Shown: piece by piece, positions 9,079 to 18,012 of the stretch | Numbering within the stretch: position 1 is the stretch's first letter | Layout: every line of letters starts with the position of its first letter | Virus record (IMG/VR): IMGVR_UViG_2778261297_000003 | DNA length: 45,246 bases | Direction: 5' to 3' (one strand) | DNA from: a virus | Lineage: Duplodnaviria; Heunggongvirae; Uroviricota; Caudoviricetes | The notes under the pieces: generated by a model | Database searches by the model: none | What the model was told of the DNA's origin: nothing | What the model saw: only the letters and a program-made list of their open reading frames with translations | Program-made: the position numbers and the translations under genes

Positions 9079-9225
9079 CTATTTATCGCTGGATCCATTA
9101 CGGTCAAGAGATTCGGCGATCCTGTAAAGATGCTCAGTCGCCTTGAATGAGTTCATTAGGAACTCATAAAGCACACGTAAAAGCAATGCACTTACCACCG
9201 ATATCGTAATCGCCGTGAAATTCAT
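9079..9225 (-). CDS. small hydrophobic protein (48 aa), possibly part of an amber-interrupted longer frame 9079..9327
   Basis: MNFTAITISVVSALLLRVLYEF... with a predicted TM helix; an in-frame upstream ATG (9325-9327) with AAGGAAG RBS is followed by an in-frame TAG at 9292-9294. Confidence 0.3.
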   Translation of the reverse strand: MNFTAITISVVSALLLRVLYEFLMNSFKATEHLYRIAESLDRNGSSDK

Positions 9226-9358
9226 TGAGACAACAGAAAAAACGAGGTAAATGCCAATTACCAGGTAAACAAGCGCAAAAACCTTTGGAGTCTAAATGGC
9301 TTTTGCTCCAAAAACTTTTTCATTCATAACTTCTTCCTTAACGAAATGACGACAGTGA

Positions 9359-11218
9359 TCAGTAATTCATGGCCGTTGTTATTCTGCCATTATTTTCCGC
9401 ATTATAGGTTTTACGCTCCCCCTTATCATTGACCATCGTGATTTCAAGCTTGAGAGACTGATCGGACATGGCCTCCTTAAACGACCGCGCCAGATTTTCA
9501 CTAAGGGCAACTTCATCACTTTTCCCTTGTTGTGTTCTGAGTATCGTGGGTTCTTGATCCACGCCGCGTGATCCAGAGATAATGTCATACCGCTGCTGGG
9601 CCAGCACATCTGGATTTCTCTTCCCTGACCACCGATCATCAGTAATGGCGGTCTGGATGGCGTTTAGCAGTTGTTCCTCAGTATAAGGTTGTGCGCCATT
9701 CTCATGTTTAATCATAGCTGCCATTATCGTTTTTAATGTTTCCGGATCGTGCAGATTTACTTGCTCTTTGGCTCCATATCCAGTGGCTTTTGAGACGGAG
9801 TCAATATATGCACGAGTATTATTCTCTGATTGCGGAGCATAGGTATGAATAATCCCATCCAGAGTATTATTCCCCCTGTCACCATACAACATCAGCTGTC
9901 TCGCCATTGCAGTTCTTCCGTCGGCATCATTCGCAAAGGTAGAAAATCCGCCATTTTTACCCGTTGCGTTTGCTGCAACCCTCAAATTACCGGGATTATT
10001 ATTTCTGAAGCCAATTGCGTTATTCCTTGTTTCCCCGTAAGGAACATTGCCGCGTGCAACGTTGGATTGTGGCTGGCTGATAGCGGATAAGTCATTCTGC
10101 AATTGAATCGCAGAATCGGTCGCGCGGTAATTCGCATCGTACCGCTTTCTTACAGCATCAGTCATGAAACCCGCGTCAACCTGCCCACGTTCACTGCGGG
10201 GTAAGCTGTTATAAAGTTCCTTATCGTTCTGAATGCGCCGTAGTTTCTCAGCATCATTGCTGTTGATAAAACCGAGAGCATGAGACAGCCCAGTAAAATC
10301 ACCATTAGTGAACAGATCGGTAACACCTTCAAGGCCGTCTTTGACTGAACCATCCGAAAGAATGGTCTTAAGTGCCTTGTTTTTTGAACGTTGCCACAGA
10401 CCATCCCAGGATGCGCTGAGCTCATTCATAGTGCCGTTCACTTCACTCAATTGCTGATTTAGTGCCGGATCCACAGTCAGACCAAATTCATCCGATTTCG
10501 CCAGCAGCTTTTTCATGCGCTCACCGTCACGCATTAGCGCCAGCAATTCGGGCGTCAGCCCAAGTGCATCAGCGGCGGACTTCTGCTGTTCAGGTCGCAA
10601 GGTTGGAAAAATTTTTGCGATAGACTCCAGTGTTTTAAGGGTATTTACTGAACCATCGCTGTTTTTTTGGATTTGAGCACCAATTTGCGCCATCGCTGCC
10701 ATAACCCCCTCGTTTTTACCACTGGCAGCCTCATTGAATGCTTTGAAAATACCTTCTATTGATGCATTAGCGCTCTCGCTGTCTGCCCCAAGAATACGCA
10801 TTGCCCCGGAAAGTCGGGTAAAATCGTCAACGCGCATTCCCGCATTTTTTGCCGAGACATCAAGATTATAGGCCTGACGGGATGCCTCCCGAAATCCATA
10901 AGCGACCTGTTTCAGTCCGTAGCCGGCAGCACCGGCTAACCCCAGCGCCCCCATCTTCCCCGTGAGCTCCCCCACCATTTTCAGTGGGGGAACCATGTCG
11001 CCAATAAACTGCACGTTATCCCGCGCGCTCTTCGACATATTCTCGAGGCGAGAAATAAAACCGCTCAGTCCGTCGGCTGTTTCCTGACCGCCTAACTTGA
11101 GCCCTTCTTTAGTTTTATCTAGCTTCGGCTCCAGGTCACGGACAGCCTCATTAATGCGGTCTATAGCCTCGCTAACCTGGTCGCTGGCCACCAGCTCAAA
11201 ATCAAAAGAATTACTCAT
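9359..11218 (-). CDS. tail tape measure protein
   Basis: 619-aa ORF, Ala/Gly/Leu-rich and helical in character, located after the tail chaperone gene. Confidence 0.85.
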   Translation of the reverse strand: MSNSFDFELVASDQVSEAIDRINEAVRDLEPKLDKTKEGLKLGGQETADGLSGFISRLENMSKSARDNVQFIGDMVPPLKMVGELTGKMGALGLAGAAGYGLKQVAYGFREASRQAYNLDVSAKNAGMRVDDFTRLSGAMRILGADSESANASIEGIFKAFNEAASGKNEGVMAAMAQIGAQIQKNSDGSVNTLKTLESIAKIFPTLRPEQQKSAADALGLTPELLALMRDGERMKKLLAKSDEFGLTVDPALNQQLSEVNGTMNELSASWDGLWQRSKNKALKTILSDGSVKDGLEGVTDLFTNGDFTGLSHALGFINSNDAEKLRRIQNDKELYNSLPRSERGQVDAGFMTDAVRKRYDANYRATDSAIQLQNDLSAISQPQSNVARGNVPYGETRNNAIGFRNNNPGNLRVAANATGKNGGFSTFANDADGRTAMARQLMLYGDRGNNTLDGIIHTYAPQSENNTRAYIDSVSKATGYGAKEQVNLHDPETLKTIMAAMIKHENGAQPYTEEQLLNAIQTAITDDRWSGKRNPDVLAQQRYDIISGSRGVDQEPTILRTQQGKSDEVALSENLARSFKEAMSDQSLKLEITMVNDKGERKTYNAENNGRITTAMNY

Positions 11219-11383
11219 CGTCTTCAGGTTTCCTAAGCTTGTTTATCCGGGATGCCTGCGCCACCCACCATTTCAGCCGGGCGCGGGTCATTCCCCACGC
11301 CCTGTCCTCAGACCAGCGGAAATAGAAGGTGACGTCAGCGGCCATTTCCTGCCAGGTTGTCAGGGCTTCCAGGTCAAAAAACT
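11211..11383 (-). other. programmed -1 frameshift extension of the tail chaperone (GT-like product)
   Basis: Slippery heptamer at 11375-11383 (minus strand AGTTTTTTG region); the -1 frame is open for 53 codons and stops at TAA 11211-11213, overlapping the tape measure start. Confidence 0.6.
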
Positions 11384-11638
11384 GAGCAGATACTCCTCAC
11401 ACTTACGGAAGTCGAGAAAATCCATCGGCTGCAGTACGCTTTCACGCGTACCGGAAACCAGCGCAATAAGCAGGCGCATCGCCGCGAGCGACGTTGACGC
11501 AGCCTGTTTCTCGTAAAACTGCTCAGCCTGGCTTAGCGTGGGTGCTTTCAGCTCCAGCTGCGTATAAGTGGTCTTCTCCGCAGCATCATCCAGCGCTACG
11601 GTTAATGGAATGGTTTTAACGCGTTCAATCTCAGCCAT
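11360..11638 (-). CDS. tail assembly chaperone (G-like / Mu gp41-like)
   Basis: 92-aa ORF between tube and tape measure; slippery T_TTT_TTG heptamer near its 3' end. Confidence 0.7.
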   Translation of the reverse strand: MAEIERVKTIPLTVALDDAAEKTTYTQLELKAPTLSQAEQFYEKQAASTSLAAMRLLIALVSGTRESVLQPMDFLDFRKCEEYLLSFLTWKP

Positions 11639-11639
11639 C

Positions 11640-12011
11640 TTAGTTCTCCGTTACGTCGCGGCCTTCCCAGCGAACATCAAATACTGCATCTTCGCTTTCC
11701 ACTTCCTGGACGTTGACCGTCCAGAGTGAACGGCCAATGATAGTTTTCCCGTTAGCCAGCTCGGCGATCACGTTGACGTTCGTCTGCTGGTTAAAGCCCT
11801 GCACATTCGTTCCGCCACTGTCACGCAGTCGGGCAGAAATGTATGGCGCCACAGGTTTTTCCTTATATCCGTGCACACCATCCATCCCTGTCAGGGTGGT
11901 ACGGTTTACGGTGGCAGCCTGGTATTTAAACGAGCCCTCCACCATTACCGTCACACCGTTAACAGTGACATAGGCGGTTCCCGCCAGGCGGTTAGTAGTA
12001 TCACCTGCCAT
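11640..12011 (-). CDS. tail tube protein (Mu gpM-like)
   Basis: 123-aa ORF directly downstream of the sheath gene. Confidence 0.8.
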   Translation of the reverse strand: MAGDTTNRLAGTAYVTVNGVTVMVEGSFKYQAATVNRTTLTGMDGVHGYKEKPVAPYISARLRDSGGTNVQGFNQQTNVNVIAELANGKTIIGRSLWTVNVQEVESEDAVFDVRWEGRDVTEN

Positions 12012-12014
12012 CGT

Positions 12015-13517
12015 TTAAGCTCCTGTTGATTCAGCCCGAGTGCGGAACTGATTGAGCAGCGCGAAAATGCGCAACTGGTTCATGAGGGTTCCCGGCCACA
12101 GCACATCGACGCGGTTCGGATTTTTGGCGTTCTGCTCGACGATGATATTTTTTGCGAATGCCTCCGCATCCTGCGCATAACCGTTCCATACCAGAGTCTG
12201 GTACTCGGCAATCTGATCGGCCTTGATAATGTTTGGCGTGACGATCGCCGCGCCAGGTGCAAATCGGGTTCCATCCGCAGCAAGCTTCATACGGCCAAAC
12301 TTGCTGGTCACCGCTGTGCGCAGGTAGCGGGTCACAAACATCAGGCTGAACAGCGTCTCCACTTCCAGATAACTGTCATCTGCATCGCCATAGCTGTTTT
12401 TCTGGTAGGTGGTGATCAGGTTTTCAATGCGCACCGTGCCATCGTCATCGACCGTAAATGTCGAAATGCCGCTGTACAGCAGATTGTTACGCTCGGTCAG
12501 CTCAAAGCGATCCTGCAGTTCTGGCGCAAGCACCCCCTGAACAGCGAGCGACTGTAGCGGGCGGCCGGGGTCATTACGCAGACTCACCGCAGCTGCGCCG
12601 GTGTAAGCTGCAGACCATGCCCAGGAAGGGGACGGCGATTTATTTACGCCCAGCAGGGTCTCATGCTGGTTATTGCGCAGCTCACCTTTGGTACCGAGCT
12701 GGGCGTAAGTCCCGGTGGTGGTACCAAAGGAATGGCCATAAAGCTGCTTGTCCCATGCCCAGCGACCGCCAGTGTCTGACAGGAACTCCTTCATCACATT
12801 CAACGAGGTTGTATCGTCGTAAGGGTTGATGATGAAATCGAATGTCCGATCCTGCAGGTTTGCCAGCTCGCCGGTAATATCCGGAGCCCCGACTCCGTTA
12901 GACATAGCAGTAATCGTCAGTTCCAGGCCTGCAGGTGTGGACTCGCCTCCAGGTAAGCCGAGGAAGTTCAGGCGAATGTCGATCCCATTACCCGTAGCAC
13001 CAAGATTCTTCGCGGTCAGGGTTACGGTATCCGTAGTCGCACTGGCGGTTACAGGTAGCGTGGTTTTTGCGTTAATCGCCGCGGCCAGAGAGGTGGCGAT
13101 CGCTGCCACCGTATCTGTTGCTACAACGGTCAACTGAATGCGCTCACCAGCAATATAAAGGGAGATCACTCCGGTTGCCGTCGGTGCGCTGCTCACTCTA
13201 ATGGTGCCGGTTGCAGCCACCATGGAATCGGAGTCTTCCTCCAGCGGCAGGATCCAGACTTCGGCTGCGGTATCATTTTTCTGATACGCCGCCATCATGG
13301 CCTGCAGAATTCCCCCTTTTCCTGTCAGCTCACCGACGGTATCCGAAGAGGAAACTCGCTGCGGAATACCAGGGAGGGTTGAGCCGGTACTGAGCATCCC
13401 ACCGATAAGCAGGGTGCGCTGCGTGGCAGTGGCGTTATTCGCCATTGAGTTATCAAACTCAACGAAGAAAAGCCCTACCCGCAGGTTATCGGGAACACGA
13501 GCGAAAGGTACGGTCAT
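12015..13517 (-). CDS. contractile tail sheath protein (Mu gpL-like)
   Basis: 500-aa ORF; size and position typical of myovirus sheath proteins. Confidence 0.85.
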   Translation of the reverse strand: MTVPFARVPDNLRVGLFFVEFDNSMANNATATQRTLLIGGMLSTGSTLPGIPQRVSSSDTVGELTGKGGILQAMMAAYQKNDTAAEVWILPLEEDSDSMVAATGTIRVSSAPTATGVISLYIAGERIQLTVVATDTVAAIATSLAAAINAKTTLPVTASATTDTVTLTAKNLGATGNGIDIRLNFLGLPGGESTPAGLELTITAMSNGVGAPDITGELANLQDRTFDFIINPYDDTTSLNVMKEFLSDTGGRWAWDKQLYGHSFGTTTGTYAQLGTKGELRNNQHETLLGVNKSPSPSWAWSAAYTGAAAVSLRNDPGRPLQSLAVQGVLAPELQDRFELTERNNLLYSGISTFTVDDDGTVRIENLITTYQKNSYGDADDSYLEVETLFSLMFVTRYLRTAVTSKFGRMKLAADGTRFAPGAAIVTPNIIKADQIAEYQTLVWNGYAQDAEAFAKNIIVEQNAKNPNRVDVLWPGTLMNQLRIFALLNQFRTRAESTGA

Positions 13518-13711
13518 TCATTTTCTCCCGCTTTTTTAGGTAATGATTGTTTCTCTGGCGCGCCCTCATCCTTTTTAGAGAGGATCACGTCCCCATCGCT
13601 CAGACGGCGACGCCAGAAAATATTGTCAGGTACTTCAGCACCCTCTTTAGGCAATGGGATGCCCTTGACGGGGCAGCGAACGCTGAGCCCGTTGTTCGGC
13701 TTAACAAACAT
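13514..13711 (-). CDS. small tail-associated protein (hypothetical)
   Basis: 65-aa ORF translationally coupled upstream of the sheath gene. Confidence 0.45.
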   Translation of the reverse strand: MFVKPNNGLSVRCPVKGIPLPKEGAEVPDNIFWRRRLSDGDVILSKKDEGAPEKQSLPKKAGENE

Positions 13712-13714
13712 GGA

Positions 13715-14260
13715 TTACTCCTGAAGATTGAGGCTGATACCCGGTTTAACTGTGCCGTCTGGCATGTCGACCGCAATATCCATGCCTTCAAGGGGAACCG
13801 ACTGGACAGGATAAAAATCTTCCGGCCCCTGGTAATGCTCTATGTCGATCTCGAAAAGAAGCTGCCCCATATGGGCCTCTCCTTCTGAATCAACATTGAT
13901 GGTTGAACGAACTTCCGCGTATTTCTGAATATTCCGAGTCAGTTCGTAGCTGTTGATCACCGCGCGCTCCACCTGCTCGCGAAGGCTTTCAAGCGCCAGC
14001 TCTGCCCGCATGGCTCCATCATCCACTGTATCGCCGTCATACTCCTGAACGCGCCCAGTGATCCTGACAGTGGTGAGGGTGGTAAAAGCAGGGGTATTAC
14101 GCCCCTGTGATTTTTTCTGTTCAAAAGGCGTCTGAACCAACAACACAGGATACATATCTGGTGAAGTTGACCAGTCGCGTGGAGAGAATACGCGGTCGCC
14201 CGCGCTGGTTGTCCCGGTTAGTGCAGTGACAACCATTTGCCGTATCGCTGCTGAATTCAT
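13715..14260 (-). CDS. neck / tail completion protein (putative)
   Basis: 181-aa ORF between head-completion and sheath genes. Confidence 0.45.
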   Translation of the reverse strand: MNSAAIRQMVVTALTGTTSAGDRVFSPRDWSTSPDMYPVLLVQTPFEQKKSQGRNTPAFTTLTTVRITGRVQEYDGDTVDDGAMRAELALESLREQVERAVINSYELTRNIQKYAEVRSTINVDSEGEAHMGQLLFEIDIEHYQGPEDFYPVQSVPLEGMDIAVDMPDGTVKPGISLNLQE

Positions 14261-14616
14261 CGCAGTTTTACCACATTGAGGACAAGACGAGATCCGCCAT
14301 GACTGTCGGGTTCGACGTTTGACACAACAAATAACTGATTGATGATGTGACCACCGACCGTCTTTATAAATACCCGGTCAGATACAGCAGGTTGCGATTT
14401 ACCCAGCTTGCGAAATTCAGCATCGCGCACACCCAACATCGGGCTGGAGGTGTTAATTTCTGAATCGCCATCAAGGTTTTCAGCAACCTGCGCATAACCA
14501 CGGTCAAAAATCCCGTTAATTGTAAAAGGAGTACCGTTACGTGGACGGTACTCGTGCTCATCGCCAAAGACATCATGCAGCGGACTCAGAAGATGAGAAT
14601 CCCAGTCCACGCCCAT
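14257..14616 (-). CDS. head-tail joining protein (FII-like position, putative)
   Basis: About 119 aa from MGVDWDSH; follows the FI-position gene. Confidence 0.45.
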   Translation of the reverse strand: MGVDWDSHLLSPLHDVFGDEHEYRPRNGTPFTINGIFDRGYAQVAENLDGDSEINTSSPMLGVRDAEFRKLGKSQPAVSDRVFIKTVGGHIINQLFVVSNVEPDSHGGSRLVLNVVKLR

Positions 14617-14620
14617 GTCA

Positions 14621-15001
14621 TTACCCTGTCGTAACTGAAACTGATGGCTGAGAAGCAAGAACTCGCTTACGAAGCACATCAACATCAGCAATAACGCCGG
14701 ACTGCAGAAGACGCTCAGCATCTTTGCCGGTTACAGGGATGCGCATATTTTCGCGGTACATCTCCCCGTCATGACGAATGCAATTCCCTTTCAACACCAC
14801 ATACTCCTGCGATTCAGTGTCTCCGGATTTTTCGTCACCACCATCGTCATCAACAGACAATTCGGCATCATCTGTTTTGCTCAAAGGCTGTTTTTCCTGG
14901 GTGTTATCGCCAGCATTCAGGTCGTCAACGCTCAGGCCGTCTTTGGCAGATCCTTCTGCATTCAGATCATCAGCCAGCCCGGTATTAGGTTGTTTTGCCA
15001 T
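14621..15001 (-). CDS. acidic head protein in FI position (putative DNA packaging / head completion)
   Basis: ATG at 14999-15001 overlaps the capsid gene stop; GGTGG RBS; acidic N-terminal half. Confidence 0.35.
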   Translation of the reverse strand: MAKQPNTGLADDLNAEGSAKDGLSVDDLNAGDNTQEKQPLSKTDDAELSVDDDGGDEKSGDTESQEYVVLKGNCIRHDGEMYRENMRIPVTGKDAERLLQSGVIADVDVLRKRVLASQPSVSVTTG

Positions 15002-15002
15002 A

Positions 15003-16052
15003 TCAGACCACCGTTGCGCAGAGGGATGCATTTACCCGGCTCGGAATAACCAGCGGGGAGGATTGCATCAGGATAAGACGCTGGGCTGGATCTTCTTTCA
15101 CCCAGGATTTTGGCGCATAAGCCAGCGGACCGTAGTTGAAAGCCGGGTCCAGGATAACGCCAAATGCGCGGGTACCCATCAGATCGGCACCACTCATAAT
15201 GACAGCGCCATCGGGGATCATAGGCTTCTCGACGTTGTCCAGCGGGTCAATAAACCAGTCGTTATATAACCAGAGGTCAAAGTTACCCCAGCGCCCTTTA
15301 TAAATTGCGCCCTTCATTACCTGTGGGCCGGCGTTAATCTGGTTACCAAACGGGCTCAGCGCCGGGAATGTAATGGCGTTATCCTTGATGGTGGTATCCA
15401 GTCGGAATGCACGCCATGACTTATTCGTAAAGACCAGATCCGTGGCGACAGAGCCGGACTCTTTCAGGAAAGTAGTCTGCCAGATTTCAATGTCATCTGA
15501 TGGCTGGGTATTGGTAGCGCCAGCTGCAACGGTCAGTGGCCATTTATCCGAGCCGCTAAGAGTGATGGTCAGATCCGAAGCACGCCCGAAATCCACCACC
15601 TGAGTTTCATAGCCCTCCCCGGCGACGGTTACGGTCCCAGACACCAGCGCACTCGCCGCCATCCATTCCAGACGACGGTTGATCATGTCAATCTGGTCAG
15701 TCATTTCAAACTGAAGGTTCAGCATTTCGCGCTCGGCAGCGGTATATTCCCCGCCAATACGCTCACCAATCTGGCGGCGGATAGGTTTGCGCAGGTCCGG
15801 CGCGCGCTTATCTTTGATGTATGCCGGTTTGAAGGTATTGGTCTGGTATTTACGGGATTCGACCAGCTTACCTTCCACCAGCGGGGAGACGAACGGCGCC
15901 ATACGACGCAGGCCGACATCAACATCAATCGCCACTTCTTCAGTCTCGTAAGTCACGACATTCGGGAAGAAGCGATCGAGCAGCCAGTTCTGACTGGTTT
16001 TCAGGTTAGGAACAACCTGCACCAGCACGCTGGTATCAAAAATATTTTCCAT
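15003..16052 (-). CDS. major capsid protein (lambda E-like)
   Basis: 349 aa from MENIFDTSVL; overall resemblance to lambda gpE and position after the D-like gene. Confidence 0.85.
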   Translation of the reverse strand: MENIFDTSVLVQVVPNLKTSQNWLLDRFFPNVVTYETEEVAIDVDVGLRRMAPFVSPLVEGKLVESRKYQTNTFKPAYIKDKRAPDLRKPIRRQIGERIGGEYTAAEREMLNLQFEMTDQIDMINRRLEWMAASALVSGTVTVAGEGYETQVVDFGRASDLTITLSGSDKWPLTVAAGATNTQPSDDIEIWQTTFLKESGSVATDLVFTNKSWRAFRLDTTIKDNAITFPALSPFGNQINAGPQVMKGAIYKGRWGNFDLWLYNDWFIDPLDNVEKPMIPDGAVIMSGADLMGTRAFGVILDPAFNYGPLAYAPKSWVKEDPAQRLILMQSSPLVIPSRVNASLCATVV

Positions 16053-16149
16053 ATTCAGTCTCTTGATAGTGCCAGCCGCAGCTGGCAAAAAATTTAAACG
16101 AGCCAGCCCCTGCCGGTTAAAGCATTCGTCAGGAGAGCCGTGGGGGAAA

Positions 16150-16554
16150 TCAGGAGGTGGTTACAGGTGCCTGGTCACTGTCTTTCAGGAAGATAGCCAG
16201 CGGTCGGAGCGCTTTTTTCAGGTCAGCGGTCGTCCAGGAGTTATCAAAAATAATTCGGTGCTGGTTGAATTCCCCCATCAGATACAGGCCGCCGTTCTGA
16301 TCGGAAGACGATGCATCAACATCATCAACCAGAATAGCAACGGGTAACTGACTGCCATCTTCAGCCGTTTTCACACATTGCGTGTATTTCCCGCTGGCAG
16401 CCACCAGGCCCAGGACAGTACCACGCTTAAAGGCACCGCCCGTAATGATCCCGGTGTCAGTCACCAGCTGGAGCGTGCCAGCGACAAGCTGATCCGGAAC
16501 AAACAGCGCGCTCTTCATGCCAGGCGCAAACGCATTCTGACCAAACTGATCCAT
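16150..16554 (-). CDS. head decoration protein (D-like)
   Basis: 134-aa ORF between scaffold and major capsid genes. Confidence 0.7.
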   Translation of the reverse strand: MDQFGQNAFAPGMKSALFVPDQLVAGTLQLVTDTGIITGGAFKRGTVLGLVAASGKYTQCVKTAEDGSQLPVAILVDDVDASSSDQNGGLYLMGEFNQHRIIFDNSWTTADLKKALRPLAIFLKDSDQAPVTTS

Positions 16555-17144
16555 TATTTCTCTCCTCTTGTGGAGTTGTAGAGGCCGGTCATTTTACTTA
16601 CCAGCGCAGACTTTCCGGTCTCTTTCTGTCCGCTATCCGGATTAAGCCGGACCTGGTGGCTTTCCTGCATACGCTGATCGAGAGAGCGTTTACGGGATGG
16701 CTGAGATGCGGCTGCGGCCGGAGCCGAAGAGGCTAGGACATTAATTGCTGCCGCAGAACTCATCCCGGTATTGAAAGCCAGTGACGCGGCCAGTGAAGGA
16801 TTCGCAGCTGCATGCTTACTGCCGAAAATACGGGCGCAGCGTTTACGCTCAGCAGCGCGTGCATTTTTTACCGCCTTACTCTCTTTGCGATCGTCGTCGC
16901 CGTCGTCTTCAGAATCATCATCTTCTGACGCATCCGGATCATCGCCGTCATCTTCAGCATCATCGTCGCGTTCGTCTTCTTCCGCGTCGTCGTCGCGCTC
17001 ATCATCATCGGCATCATCTTCGCGCTCGTCCTTTTCCGCGCGACGGGCTTTCGCTTTTTTGGCTTTTTTATCCTCTTCTTCCTCAGAAGCGGAAGGGCCA
17101 AGACCAATGAGGTGAGCAAAACTAAACGTCTTTTTCTTTGCCAT
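16554..17144 (-). CDS. head scaffolding protein with acidic repeat region
   Basis: Starts MAKKKTFSFAHL immediately after the protease stop; long D/E-rich repetitive stretch; lambda Nu3-like position. Confidence 0.6.
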   Translation of the reverse strand: MAKKKTFSFAHLIGLGPSASEEEEDKKAKKAKARRAEKDEREDDADDDERDDDAEEDERDDDAEDDGDDPDASEDDDSEDDGDDDRKESKAVKNARAAERKRCARIFGSKHAAANPSLAASLAFNTGMSSAAAINVLASSAPAAAASQPSRKRSLDQRMQESHQVRLNPDSGQKETGKSALVSKMTGLYNSTRGEK

Positions 17145-17145
17145 T

Positions 17146-18012
17146 TCAGGCTCCTGTTTTTTCAAGTAAGTTTTTGAACGCAGCGTCAGGAGGACACACC
17201 TCATCAGCCAGTCCAATTTCAACGCCATCAGCAGCCATAAAACAGGCGGCCTGGGTACTTTTTATAACCTTTGCGCTAATCCCCCGGTTTCTGGCAACAG
17301 TGTTCACAAACAATTCGCCCATGGTGTTAATGTCCTGCTGGATGGCGGCCAGCGCTTCATCTGACAACTCTCTCAGCGGCGAACCTTCAGCCTTGCGGGA
17401 TCCATAGGTGATGATCGTAACTTTAAGACCGTCATCTTTAATCCGCTGCGTCCAGTCAAGGTGCATGGTGATCACACCCACAGAACCCACTCCGCCGGTG
17501 CGCGGAACAGAAATCCGGTCCGCTGCACTGGCAATGGCATACGCAGCGGAATAAGCGCTTTCCGTCAGAATGGCATGGATAGGCTTTTTCCCCCGGGAGC
17601 CGTAAATGACATCAACCAGATCGAAGCATCCAGCGACCTCGCCGCCGGGTGAGTCGATATCCAGGCAAATTCCCGAAATGTCGGGATCTTCCATCGCAGT
17701 AAGAAACGCCTGACGAATGCCGTCATACCCTGTCATTCCACTGTACGGACGCAGACTGCCCAGTTTTTGCACCAGCGTTCCGCATATCGGGATGACGGCG
17801 ACACCCAGCACATTGTCATAACCCGGATCACTACGGGATTCACGTCCCCGGTTATCGTCATATCCGTACCAGTCATCCTCCATGGCAAGAGAAGATTCGA
17901 TTTTACTGATACCAAATCGGTCCATTACGGATGCCATGATGACTTCGGCTTTACTCGGGTGCAGCGCCAGCGGGGTGTTAAATAATCGCTGGGCCAGATG
18001 GGGTAGATTCAC
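17146..18012 (-). CDS. head maturation protease (S49/ClpP-fold, lambda C-like)
   Basis: 288-aa ORF after portal; SppA/ClpP-like features (..DSPGGEV.., ..SAAYAIASAAD..). Confidence 0.8.
   Translation of the reverse strand: MNLPHLAQRLFNTPLALHPSKAEVIMASVMDRFGISKIESSLAMEDDWYGYDDNRGRESRSDPGYDNVLGVAVIPICGTLVQKLGSLRPYSGMTGYDGIRQAFLTAMEDPDISGICLDIDSPGGEVAGCFDLVDVIYGSRGKKPIHAILTESAYSAAYAIASAADRISVPRTGGVGSVGVITMHLDWTQRIKDDGLKVTIITYGSRKAEGSPLRELSDEALAAIQQDINTMGELFVNTVARNRGISAKVIKSTQAACFMAADGVEIGLADEVCPPDAAFKNLLEKTGA

Noticed and set aside
13547-13888. 113-aa plus-strand ORF
   Set aside because: Antisense across the boundary of two minus-strand tail genes in an otherwise unidirectional operon.
16771-17115. 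Ser/Arg-rich ORFs on the plus strand and an alternate minus frame
   Set aside because: Mirror-image translations of the acidic repeat tract of the scaffolding gene.
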